Assembly: GCA_958009085.1 (NCBI GenBank)
Contig: OY253686.1
Coordinates: 62,001 to 126,000, forward strand
DNA length: 64,000 bases
Direction: 5' to 3'
Origin: Protoeuglena noctilucae
Taxonomy: Eukaryota
The notes beneath the pieces are model-generated. The model was not told where the DNA came from. It searched no databases and was given only the letters and a program-made list of their open reading frames with translations. The stretch's first letter is position 1; each line of letters starts with the position of its first letter. Shown here in pieces: positions 12,205-24,206 of this stretch. The translations under genes and the position numbers were made by a program.

Positions 12205-13695
12205 ATGGCGGACCCCCGGTGCCTGGCGGAGACCGCTTCAAGCTATAACGACCTCAGCGATGCTGCCATTCATCATGAGGTGCACCCTCGCGCCGCCCCG
12301 GGCGAGCCCAGGTGCGTCGCGATTGGGTGGCGCCCATGCTCGATCGATGACGGCTTCGCAAACGCAGCGCCGCGCGTGCGATCGCAGTGCCCGGCCCCTC
12401 TTCTCCTTCGGCGTGATATCCGACGTGCAATATGCGGACATCCCGGACGGCCACAGCGCCAAGGGCGTCCCTCGCTTTTACCGCAACTCGCTCACGGCCC
12501 TGGCGGCGGCCGTGGACAGCTGGCGCGATGCGGGAGTGCACTTTTGCATGCACTTAGGCGACATCATCGACGGGTTCAATCCAAAGGACCAGTCGGAGGC
12601 CTCTTTGGTGAGTAGTGAGCGCCGGAAGGCTGCGTGAGCATACAGAACACGCATCCCCACCCAATCACACCCGCGCCGCTTCCGCAGACACGTGTCCTGG
12701 ACATCTTCGACCGCCTGGGCAAGCCCCACTACCACATGCTCGGCAACAACTGCCTGTACAACCTCCCGCGACCGCGGCTCAACGAGCGCCTCAACATCCC
12801 ACCCTCGCCCGGCGGCGGATCCCACTACTCCTTCTCCCCGCATCCCACGTGGCGTATAGTGGTGCTGGACGCCTATGCCCTCTCGGTGCTGGGGTGGCCA
12901 GAAGGCGACCCCCGCGTGACCCTTGCCAAGTCGCTGATTCTCGCCAACAACCCCAACGCGCGCGCGGGGAGGCTTAATGACCCAGAGGGCCTCGAGGGGC
13001 CGCAGCGGCGATTCGTGGCATTCAACGGGGGCCTTGGCGAGGAGCAGCTGGGGTGGCTGGATGCGCAGTTGGGGGAGGCGAGGAGTGCGGGGCAGAGGGT
13101 CATCCTGGCATGCCACCTGCCCATGCAGCCCGGGGTGAGTGTTACAGAATTATGGAAGCGTGGTTGTTAGTTACTCATGCATTACCCATGCACACCGGAT
13201 GTGGGGCAAAGAGCATCGTGTGACGCCGCCGCATTGCAGCAAGTCTCTGCATGCAACGATTGTCGCTCAAACAGTGACCGACAACCCGTGCTTGTCCCCG
13301 CCTGCATAGTCCTGCTACCCCATTACCAACCAACAATTAATGCCCTTGCCTCTCCCCACTTGCGCAGTCCTGCTACCCCACGTGTCTGTTGTGGGACTAC
13401 GAGGCGTGCCTGGCGGTAGTGGAGAGACACGGGGACACGGTGGCACTCACCCTGGCGGGGCACATGCACAGGGACGGGGACTGCGTGGGGGCCAACGGGA
13501 CGCACCACCGGTGCATCTACGGGGTGGTTGAGGCACAGCCGGGGAAGGGTGAGTGGTGGAGCACATGGGAAAGAGAGCACATTGATTAATTAAGGTCTCG
13601 TGGTTTCGTTGCTCATAGATATAACGCCAGCTGTGCTGTGGATTGATCGTGATTGACTGCCTGCGCTCTTTGCAGCGCCGGTGATCCGCGTGTGA
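12205..13695 (+). CDS. ADPRM: Mn-dependent ADP-ribose/CDP-alcohol diphosphatase (calcineurin-like metallophosphoesterase); 3' end uncertain
   Basis: PLFSFGVISDVQYADIPDG, LGDIIDGFNP, HMLGNNCLYNLPR, RRFVAFNGG.GEEQL.WL, CHLP, LAGHMH. Confidence 0.88.
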
Positions 13696-14139
13696 TCCGC
13701 TTGCTCCGCAACGTGCGCCTGAGGGTCTCAAATAGGTCAGCAATCCAAAGATATACTCGGACGGGTGTGTGCCTTGACTGCGTGCCTTGGCCCACTCTCT
13801 CTCTGCAGAGTTTCATGCGCGTGTGGACGTGTTTGGCGATCGATTGGAGATCATCGGGTTCGGGGAGGTGGGGAGCCAGACGGTGCCGCTCAGCGGCGCA
13901 GTCAAGGAGGTTGCACAGGCCACTGCGGGGTGACTTGGATGATCATGGTGATAGTGCCGGGGTGGCTGAAGAGCGAGCATGAACCGCATGATGCAACCTC
14001 TGCCATTCGCCTTTGCCGCGCCATCCTTGGATCAGGGACCTATCTCAAGCTCAGTCACGAGTCATTCAATCAAGCACAGTCCACTCCCATAGCACTCCTC
14101 CACTCAACAACACGTGCGCCAACCAGGTTTGGCCCCTGT

Positions 14140-15274
14140 CTACCCCGTCTTGCGCCCCCCCAGCCCCCGGATGCTGCGGCTGATGGGCTTCTCCTTCAAT
14201 TGCTTGATCTGGAGCAGGTGCAGAGAGTGCAGGAACTCCGTCAGCGTCAGCTCCTTGCCGCTGCGGAGAGGGACGGGGTTGGGATGGGTGAGGGCGGCGT
14301 TGGTCGTATGGCATACAGCGTAAGATTCGAAGGCTCCGGGCGGCCCAGGGACCCCTGCAAGGCTCTGTCTCAGCGAGCCAGTCATCGTGTAATGCCTGTC
14401 GCTTGACACACATGGACTCTCATACAACCCATCGCGCAACGATTGCGGTCCCAGCCACCCCCGGCGGGACAAGCGCACTGCTCCACCGCCCCCGACCCCT
14501 TCACGCAAACCCAGCGCATGTGACCACCCCCCCTCATCCCTTGCCTGTGGATGTCGGACGTCCCGAATATCTCCTGCAGCATCTCGTCCATCTTCTGGCG
14601 CCCGTATCGCAGGAAGAGGATCTGCATGGCCTCCTCCACGCTCACGAGGCCGTTGCCGTTCTTGTCGTTCATCAAAAACTCCACCACGTTGTACAGGCGG
14701 CGGGGCTCGAACCCCGTCTTGTCGTTGCGGCAGCGGTGGTACATGGCCTGCGGCGCGGGGGCGGGGTGTGCATGCTTGAGTCGAGGCGGACCGGTTCTCC
14801 GGTGCGCATACAGTAAAGCAATTGCGCAATCACTTTTTCATCAACTAAGCCCCAACCATGACCCCTCCGCTTGCCTGGAACTCCTCCCAGTTCACGGCCT
14901 TGTCGCAGTCCTCGTCCACCTCCCAAATCATGTCCTCGATCTCCGCGCGCTTGCTCTTGTGGTCCAGGCGCTTAAACAGCTCCTGAATCTCATCCGCGTC
15001 CACCCGCCCGTCCTTCTTTCTGCGGGAAGAGCGCACGCGAGGGCACGGCTCGGCGATTTGCCACGCGCGGAGCCTGTCGTCGGCCCGGCCCCCAGCAAGA
15101 CAGCGCGGAACGAGCAATCACTCGCAAGCGCGCAAAGAGGCGGGGCCGCTGCGCTCGCGCGTGCGTGCCCGGCCGGCCCAGCCCCTCGCACATGTCGATG
15201 ATGTTGAAGGCCCGCTTCAGCTCCTCCGTCTCGTTCTTCTTGGCGTACCGCTCACGAGCGGTCTTAGACGCCAT
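14140..15274 (-). CDS. Calmodulin-like EF-hand calcium-binding protein
   Basis: EELKRAFNIID.KKDGRVDADE, MIWEVDEDCDKAVNWEEF, DKNGNGLVSVEE; 4 exons, two with GC donors. Confidence 0.88.
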
Positions 15275-16478
15275 CTTTCCCTCCCCGCCCCCCTCCGGTC
15301 CCGACTGCGGGGCCGCAAAGGCGAGGGTAGGCCTGCACGACCCGGGGCTGTGAGAGCCGAAACGCGAACGCAAGGCACGCCACGCCGACGCCGGGAACCT
15401 ACCTGGGATAGTCAAGGTCGAAGCCACTGCCAAAGAGCGCGGGGGACCTGCAGGCACTGCGCGGGGGATGACGTTCCGGCAGGCAAGGAGCGCCCCACGT
15501 GCGTAGCCTCCGCGAGTCCGTCAAAGGGCCAGAGATGCATTCTGTGCTACAGGAAGGCCGCATACGCGGGCGATGTGGCGCTGTTCGACACCCGTGCGGC
15601 GCCCCCTGCGTCTCCCCACAGAACGTGGCTATCAAGGCACCCCTGGCCTTACACGGAGCTCGCTGCGCAGCTACTGAGAGCAGGTTGCTTACAGCAGCAT
15701 GTGAGGAGGGTGGTGAGCGCGGCGAAGCGTGCGTAGAGCTCACAATCCGGCGCAACATGCGCGGCAAGGGGTCTCCTCGAGCCGGCGGGTCGAGCTGCCG
15801 CTGGGCACACCGCCGCATCTAAAGCTCACCTTGCCAACGGCAGCGTGGGACAGCGGGGCGCAGCGGCAGGCCGAGCAATGGTCGCGGGAGTGGGGCTGCA
15901 GTGGGTGAAACAAGTCAGCCGCAAGGAGAGTCACCGTCACCCAAGCGTCGCAAACAAAGCAGAGGATTCCACGCGGATAGCGAGCGGAACGCAAGTCGCT
16001 GACAGACTTGCCAGACACAGCTAGGGCAGGCGGCCTAGGGAGCGCACCCGCGAAGTGCCAGGCCCACAACGCATGGTATGGATAAAGGAGTGGGTCGGGC
16101 GTCTGGGAAGCTCATGATAGAGTCAGCGGCAGTCATCAGCGGCTATTGCAACGTCCACGAGGGGCCGTCCACGCCGCCCAGCTCTATTCATCTTCGCCAG
16201 ACGCTGCCGCAAGTTTTGGGATAACGTATGCACCTCTTGATGCGCACGCTGCGCGCGCTCAGTCCCCCCTCGCGTGCCTGCCTCTGCGTCCGTCCCTGGG
16301 TGCCCCTGCGGGGCCTCTCCGTCGACCGGTGAGTCGCGGAGTCGCTCGCTATTATACAATGATCGCATCGCTGCGTTACGGAATCCCATCGGCCGGACAC
16401 GGGCCCTCCTGGAACTCGCGCAGAGCGCCCCTGCGGCCCACAGCCGCGGCGGTCGGCCCCGCGGGCCCCGGGCGCGCG

Positions 16479-18895
16479 ATGGGATCCGCGGATATGCCGC
16501 GGGAGGGTCCGTCGCGGGACCTGGCCAAGCTGCCGGGGCAACTGCCGACCCGGACGTACGAGCGCAGTTGGGAGCACGTGGTGGGTCGTGAGCACGACGG
16601 CAGGCGGGTGTGGGAGGTGCTGCGGGAGGCGTTGCCGGAGGAATTTAACACCGTCAGTGCGGCGAAGAGAGCCACGCGGTGAGGTACTGGGACGTGCACT
16701 GTCACTATTAGTGAACCAGCGAGGACGGGCAGCAGCGCAGCAGTGTGCAACGGCGCAGCACTGGGCAACCGAGCAGCAACCTGACTCTCTCTCTCCATGT
16801 GTTCAGTCGGGGCGAGTTCCGCATTCTAGCAGCTGGGGAAGGCGGGCAGAGCGAGGGTCCGTGCGGGCGGGCGGGGCAGGGGGTGGCTGTGGCGACGGAG
16901 GTGCGGGATGGGGACATGATTGGTGAGCGGTGACAGGCAGCACTGAGTGATGAAGCAGCCACTTCCAACATCGTTGGGAGTCATCAAGTCACTGGACTAG
17001 AATGCATGTACAGGAAGTGCGAAGTGCATATTTTACAAACTCAGTTATGACTGTTTCGAACGATAGTTGTCTTTGTGTTCCCGTGTTTCCCAGTGCGCTA
17101 CGTCAGTCGCACGACCGCGGCAGATCTGATTGCGGCCGGTCGCACCCACGTGACGGCGGCTCAGAGGGCAGTGCCGGTCCCGGTGGTGTACGAGGACCCG
17201 CACATGGCGGTGGTGTGCAAGATGCAGGCGAGAGTGGGGTGTGCCTGCTGGGGTGGTGGTCAGCTTGAGGCAGTGGCGGTTGCTGCCCCTCTCTTACCTA
17301 AACCCTCACCCCCCGTGTCTTCCGCACAACACGCCCCCCTTGTTGGTTGTCTGACCTGGAACCTCGTCACCATCGTCTCCCACACCACATGCCCCCCTTT
17401 GCCATTCTCCCACACCACCCTCTTCCCCTCACCTTTCCCACGCAGAACCTCGTCACCATCGGCCGTGGCATGGCGTCCCTCCACGGCTGCCTCCCCCTGG
17501 CCATGCGCGTGGCACCCGGGGACCGACCGCTGTGGAGGCCGCAGCCATGCCACCGGTGAGGGGGGTGTGGAGAGTGAAGAGGGGGTACTTAGCTGTGCTG
17601 GTGATGAGAGAGCGAGGGTGGAGGCCGCAGCCATGCCACCAGTGAGGAGGGGGGGAGGAGAGTGAAGGGGGGGTTACTTAGCTGTGTTGGTGATGAGAGG
17701 GAGGGGGTTACTTAGTTGTGTTGTTGGTAAGAGCAATAGTGCGCAGCAGTCACCGTCGCTGTCGTGACCCACACATGTAGTAGCACTGTCCACCGACTGC
17801 CCCCCACTGTTCACTCCCTCACCCGCCCAGCCACTCCCGCCCCATCCCTCACACTCATCTCCCTCTCCCCCACCCCATCCCTCACCTCACCTCTCCCTCT
17901 CCCACTCCCCCACCCCATCCCTCACACTCATCTCCCTCTCCCCCCACCCCCCCCAGCCTGGACCGTGCCACGGGCGGCCTGGTGGTGGTGGCCAAGACAG
18001 AGGCAGCCATGCGGTCGCTGTCCATCGCATTCGCAAAGGGACACGTGCGCAAGACCTACAATGCCGTGGTGCGCGGGAGCATGCAGGGCAAGGGGACCGT
18101 GGATGGGGCGCTGAATGGGCGGAGGGCGGTGACGGAGTGGAGATGCGTAAGGCGGGCCAGGTCGGGTGAGGGAACGGGAATGAGGGAATGGAATTGGGAG
18201 GGGGGGAGCTTGAGACAGGCCAGGTCGGGTGAGGGGAGGAGGGGATGAGGGGGATGATGGGAAGGGGGTAGAGAGGGGAGGGCGATGCTCCCGCCCCCAC
18301 TGCCACAACCCCATTGCCACCCCCCCTGCCACCCCCACTGCCACCCTCCCCGCCCCCAGCCACACACGGCACCGTGACTCTGGTGGAGCTGCGCCCTCTG
18401 ACCGGCCGCACCCACCAGCTGCGCCGTCACATGGCGATTCGCGGCCATGCCATCCTCGGGGACGCTCGGTATGCGGAGAAGTGGGGGCGGGGCGAGGGGA
18501 GACGAGAGATTTACAGAGAGCACGTTGGGGAGCGGGAGGGGGATAGCAATGAGCACTTTGATGCTGCAGATGGGGAGAGGGATAGCAACGAGGGTAGCAA
18601 CGAGGACTGTGGCATCGTTGCATATGGGGCAGATGATGATGGTGGGCCAGATGATGATGATGATGGGGATGTGGATGGTGATGGTGATGGTGATGTGGAT
18701 GAGGCGGGCGTGCCGGCCATCGCTCTTTGGGCGGTGAGGCTGGAGGTGCCCCATCCCGTGTGGGGGGAGACTGTGGCGGTGGAGCTGCCCTTCCCGAGAC
18801 AGCTCGAGGCGTGCATGGAGGCGGGGGACATGGGTGAGTGTGGGGGTGGGGGTGGGAGTGGGGGTGGGGGTGAGTGTCGGGGTGGGGGTGGGTGA
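16479..18895 (+). CDS. RluA-family RNA pseudouridine synthase (possible extra last exon 19200-19501)
   Basis: VVYEDPHMAVVCK, catalytic motif HR|LDRATGGL, VRKTYNAVV.G, PLTGRTHQLRRH, ILGDARY. Confidence 0.9.
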
Positions 18896-19733
18896 GGGGG
18901 GGGGGGTGGGTGGTTGGGGTAGGGTGACAGGGGTGAGGGCGTGGTTAGAGGGTGGTGGGTGGGTGGTGGGGGTAGCAGTGAGGGTGGCGGGGGTGGGGGT
19001 GGGTGAGGCGTGACATGGGGGAGGGCGTGGTTAGAGGGTGGTGGGTGCGTGCAGTGGTGAGCATGGGAGCTGCACGCGGGTCACCTCTTCACCCATTCAG
19101 TTACACTTGCATCCATTGTTGCTAGTCGCTTTCCGCCTCGCCACTTTACTACTGTGTCGCTCACCCCATCCCTTCTGCCAGCCCCTCTCTCCCCCGCAGT
19201 GCGCCTGGCGAGCGTGGAGACACCACCGGAGGCCCTGAGTCAGTGGCCGGGGCACGCATGGGACAAGCATCGGCAGAGGATGGAGAGGGGAGAGGGGATG
19301 ATGAAAGGGAGGGGAGAGAGGGGAGAGATGGGGGGGAGGGGGGAGAGGGGGGGCGGGGTGAAAGAGGGGAGGGACAGGGGGGAGGGAAGAGATGTGAGGG
19401 AGAGGCGAGGGATGAGGGAGATGAGGGAGAAGGGAGAGATGAGGGAGATGAGGAGGGGCGACATGAGGGGCAGTCTGAAGGGGGAGGAGTCAGCGGGATG
19501 AGGGCATGGGGTGGGTGCAAAGGGACGCGCAGCCAACCACATACATGGCCTGCCCAACGCTGTCATTCTCGTGGCCATAATGTAGGGCTTTATCTATTTC
19601 AATCATGAAACATGATTGCAAATAACAAACTCTCACGTCGATCGAAGTCTCCATAGCACATTGCTAGAAACACCTCTATTATGATCTATAAACCATCGAC
19701 ACACACATCCCATGCGCATGCCCCACCCCACCC

Positions 19734-21520
19734 TCACACGCACAGCTCCCGGGGCGGCGGCCGTTCTGGGATCTTCCCCCGTTCAAATTCCGCGGCCCTC
19801 CACGCTTGCATCTCCTCCTCATCAAAGGCACCCGTGTCGACACTGGCAGCGGACGGAGCGCCAGAAAACGCAGCGCCCCCACCCACACCCCCAGCACCGC
19901 CCATGTCAACACTGGCCCCAAACGCACCGCTCGGTCCCGCACCCGCACCTGCACCCGCACCCGCTGCCCCGCCAAACACGCTGTTGTTGCCAAACGGCGC
20001 TGCGTTGCTGCCAGCGAACGGAGCTGTCGTGCTGCCGAACGCAGCTGAGCTGCCACCAAACGGCGCTGCATTGCCGGTGAACTGAGTTGCCCCCGCCCAT
20101 CCGGGGCCGGCGGCAGGGGCGGCGGTGGGGCGCGGGGCGGCAGCTGCGGCGAAGGCTGCGAGGGCGTTGGCACGTAACTGCGCCTGTGATTGTGCCTGTG
20201 GCTGTGGCTGTGGCTGTGGCTGTGGATGGAGGGGCGACATGGGGAAGGGCAGCGTGGGGACGGGAGGGGCGGCTTGGAAGCCGGATTGTGGGGCAAAGGG
20301 CGGTTGGCCGCCAAAGGCCGACGGTGCGGCGGAGGGGCCTCCCTGTGGGCGCAGAGGGAGGGTTGCTGTGTGATATGATGGTGACTGCAAGCACGATATA
20401 GCAAGAGCAACATGTGAAGGCGATGGTATGGTCGACACGCATACAGGACAACGCAACCACCACTGCCACTACTACATTGCAGATAAGAACGCGCTGCAAG
20501 TCGCCCTGACAGTATCACTAACTGTGTCAAAATGGTCGTCACCTGGAATGCGCCTGGGAACCCCTTTGATGGCGCCTGACCCCCAGGCACAGCTCCCCCG
20601 AATGCCCCGGCATGCGACGATGGCTGCGCCGCACGCGCGAACGCGGCGAGGGCCTCCGCTTGGCTCTGCGCCTGGGGCTGCGGCTGCGGCGGCGCTTGCG
20701 ACTGGGCAAAGGCCGGGAAACCAGTGTTGGCAGCTGCCGGGCGGGGTGGTTGGCCCCCCGCTGCCGCCAATGCGAATGCCGCCATGTCAGCTGCCGTCGC
20801 TGGCGCTGGCTGGCGCTGGGGAGGGCCGGGGTAGGAGGACCTGAGGGCGGATGCGGTGAGGGGCCCATCGGTACCATCCATGTACACAGACACTATCGTT
20901 CCCTATGTTACTATCGTCGACTCAGTCACGAAATGTTGTAACCATCATGCAATCACTGCGATGCAAGGCCCTCACCGCCCGCCCCGGCCCCTCTGACCGC
21001 CGTCCTGCCGCCCCCCACGGCGACCACCACCGCCTCCGCCGCCGTAATTGCCACCACCACCGCCACCGTAGTTGCCACCACCACCGCCACCGTAACCGCC
21101 GCCCCCGTAGTTACCACCCCGACCCCCGTAGCCCTGCCCGCCACCACCGCTGTCGTAACCCCCGCACCCATAGTTGCCCCCACGGCCCCCGTAGCCCTGT
21201 CCGCGCCCGCCCTTGGGGCCCCGCTGCCGGTCCCAGTCGTCCTGCGGACCGTAGTCCTCCCGCGCGCGAGCGCCTCTCGAAGAATAGTTGCGAGAGTCGT
21301 CCTCATACTCGCGCGCGCGAGCGTTGCCTCCCCGGCCCCTGCCGCCCCCGCCCTGGTACCCTCCGTACCCACCGCCACCGCCCTGATACCCCCCACCATC
21401 TGCGGGCAAGCGTGCGCGTCGCGTCCGGCTCGAGGGCGGAAGAATCCCCGCGCGGTGTCAGCGCCCCCAGCGCCCGCGCCATCCATGCTCACATCCGCCT
21501 CGCCCACCACCCCTGGCCAT
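19734..21520 (-). CDS. Nup42/NUPL2(CG1)-like FG protein with RGG/GY-rich N-terminus
   Basis: The C-terminus EEEMQAWRAAEFERGKIPERPPP matches the Gle1-binding FxxGxIPxxPP motif and is preceded by (A/P)FG repeats. N-terminal exons are MARGGGRGGY and GGGYGG/RGG-rich. Confidence 0.68.
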
Positions 21521-21937
21521 CTATGTACTAGTCCTCATTCAGCGGAAGCCCGCTCAGTGATCACAGCGCACGCGGGTGATCGCTGCACACGTCGTCTTGA
21601 GAGAGGCCCTGTATTGGCCAAACCAATGCGATCCTCGATGTGCAAGGCTTCCCCCGTGCTCTTCCTTCAAAAGCTGAACAGGAAGGTCCAGAGGACGAGC
21701 GAAGAGGAAGGCCCCCCATATGGAGTCAGAAACGGCAGGTAGGGCACTGCGTTTGGGCCCGCGACGCCGTCACCCGTCCCCATACGAAATATCCCCGCTA
21801 TTTTCTGCGACGAGGGCGCTCATCGGGCGGTTTCCTGGCGCGGTGCGCTTCGCCGCTCGGCCCCAGATCCCCCAGGCCCCCAATTGCGAGTTCTCAGGCT
21901 GCAATCCGATTTACAGGGCTCGATTGTCAGTTCGCCA

Positions 21938-23460
21938 TGGCCGGCCGCGTCGAGGAGGCTCGTCCGGGTCCCGACCCCGAGAGCGCCCGGCTCATTGCCG
22001 AGCCCGGTCCGTTATCGTCGTCACCGAACGCGGAGAGGCCGGATGCTGCTAGTGGGAGCCCGGCAGGGGACCTGGAGGCGGGGCCGGCGCCGGCAGGTGA
22101 CCCCGTGGGACCCAGGGCTTTGCGCTTCCCCCCCGCCGCTCCACGCGCTGCGCGAGCTCCCTCGCGCGTCCCCCTCGGCAATCTTGACACTGTCGAGCAG
22201 CCATTGCGCCCCCTCGTTCCTCGAGCGGAGACGCCGCGGCCCGGCCCTCGGGGGGCCAGGGCGCACGCGTAATGCGAGCGTGCGCCCACCACGCGCTCCC
22301 CTTGGCGCCCCCCGCAGGTGACCGGATGCAAGATGAAGTGAACGAGGCGTTGCGAGTGCTTCAGGAGCGCGCGTCGGAGGCCCGCCGGCGCGCCGAGGAG
22401 CGTCACCAGCGCGAGCAGCGGGCGCGGTTCCTCCTGACGCTCTTCATCGTGATCGTCATCATCGCGACGCCGCCCACCGTGCTCCTGTGGATATTCCTCG
22501 TCGTCCTCGTCTGCGCGCCGTGCGCCCGCGGCTTCCTGCACGCGCTCCGTCGCCGGCAGGAGCTGGCGGGGGCCCGGAGAGGCCGACCCCTCCGCGCTGC
22601 GGGACCGCCGGCCCCTGCCGCCGCGCGTCACGCGTCTCATGTCAGAGCGGGAGCTCAACGCCATCAACCTTCGACTCCTCGTGGACCGCGAGTTCACCCG
22701 CGAGGACTACGAAATGCTCCTGGCATTGGACCGCATCCAGGTGAGGCAGGCGCTGGCTGAGGGGTCGCACCTCAGCGAATAGGGGGAGCTCTGGCGTCTC
22801 ACTGCGGGACGCTGATAGCAAGACACCTCCGGCCTGCCTTGCCTTGATAGGGACACCCGCCCATGCATCCCCGACCCATGCATGTGCACCTGCCCATGCA
22901 TCCCCACTCACCTCGCCCCCCCCGCTCCCCGTCGCAGGAGGCGATCGAGAGCAACGCCCGCCGCCACCGCGACGCCGGCGTGGTGGCCGACACCCTGCGG
23001 GGCATTCCCCACGGCACGTTCATCGCACCCAAGCGGTCGAGCGGGTCGGGGGACGCGGATGACGGTCCCAGCTGCGTGGTGTGCCTGGAGGAGCTGGAGG
23101 GAGGGCAGGACGTGGCGAGCCTGCCGTGCATGCACAAGGTGAGAGGGAGGGGCGTTGGGGTTCGTGAACATGCAGTTGCGCACGTTGGGATGTAGAGCGG
23201 GGTTTGTGTGGCACAAGGCTGCAACGCAAACAGTTCCCAGTTCCATATGGGTGCATCGCCGATTGCCGATTGCCGGTCGCTGACATATCACCGACTGCAA
23301 AAGTGCCTGCCACTGTGCCTCGCAGTTCCACTGGCAGTGCATCAAGGAGTGGGTCGAGACGAAGGGAGCCAATGCGTCTTGCCCCATCTGCAAGACGCCT
23401 CTGCGGCACGAGGGAGGAGATGGGGACGTCGAGGAGGGGGGCGTGAGGGCGGGGGCATGA
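21938..23460 (+). CDS. Membrane-anchored RING-H2 E3 ubiquitin ligase (SDIR1-like)
   Basis: Hydrophobic segment FLLTLFIVIVII...LLWIFLVVLV; LLVDREFTREDYEMLLALD motif; RING-H2 CVVC...LPCMHK|FHWQC...W...CPIC. Confidence 0.88.
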
Positions 23461-24206
23461 CGACACGCTGGGACTGGCGGCGCCAGTCGCTGCCAGAGAG
23501 ACTCCCTCCCGGGGATGGCGAGAGATGGCGAGGGATGCAAGAGAGGCGCTCCGAGCTATGTATGAGCGCCGTCTGCACCCCAATGCGCCCTCCTCTCATC
23601 TCTCATGTGCGGTGGACGGACCAAGGGCATGCGACGTTTGTGTGCGGACACGCGAGCAACGCCGTCACGCACATGGACAGGCGTCTCCGCATCGACAAGG
23701 CCGCTTTCGCACCGACATAATCAGATTACATGGAATTGCGCGGCGGCGGTGTCAGCTGCGGAGGGCGACAGCCGCAGGTTGCCTGCAAACGGCCTTCCTT
23801 CCCTAATAGCCCGTTAGCCGCGCCAGTCTAGGTAGCTGCCGATGGCCACGCCGCGACGGGGAGCCATGGCGCGGCTGTGGCGCAGGCGCTTGACTTGTGT
23901 ATTCCCTGCTTTGCGCGCGCATGCATCAGTCGTGCCGTCGCGCAAAACGCTTGGTTTTGAGAGCAGGCCTTTCCTTTCGAAGAGAGCGTGAAGCAAAAAT
24001 CGAATCCGCCACTACTTCAAACCAACCGAGTCTGCCTGTCACATGGTTCAAATGCCTTTTAAGGTGGCATCCGTATCCGTGACGCCCACTCTCATCTGCC
24101 TCAGTATGCACATGCCTGATGACGATGCATGGACTAACATACATCGACAAGGATAGAGTTCCTGACCAACTCATACCAATATAAGCTGGTATCAGTCATC
24201 CACCCC

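Noticed and set aside
18520..18710. D/G-rich (GAT/GGT) tract in RluA as a separate element
   Set aside because: In-frame low-complexity expansion within a variable loop between ILGDARY and the final motif.
18830..19500. G-rich GGGT/GGGA tracts as telomeric repeats
   Set aside because: No TTTAGGG/TTAGGG-type periodic array; similar G- or C-rich tracts fill many introns in this window.
5379..21520. Two nucleoporin-like genes within 16 kb as a functional cluster
   Set aside because: Five unrelated genes intervene; coincidence is sufficient.
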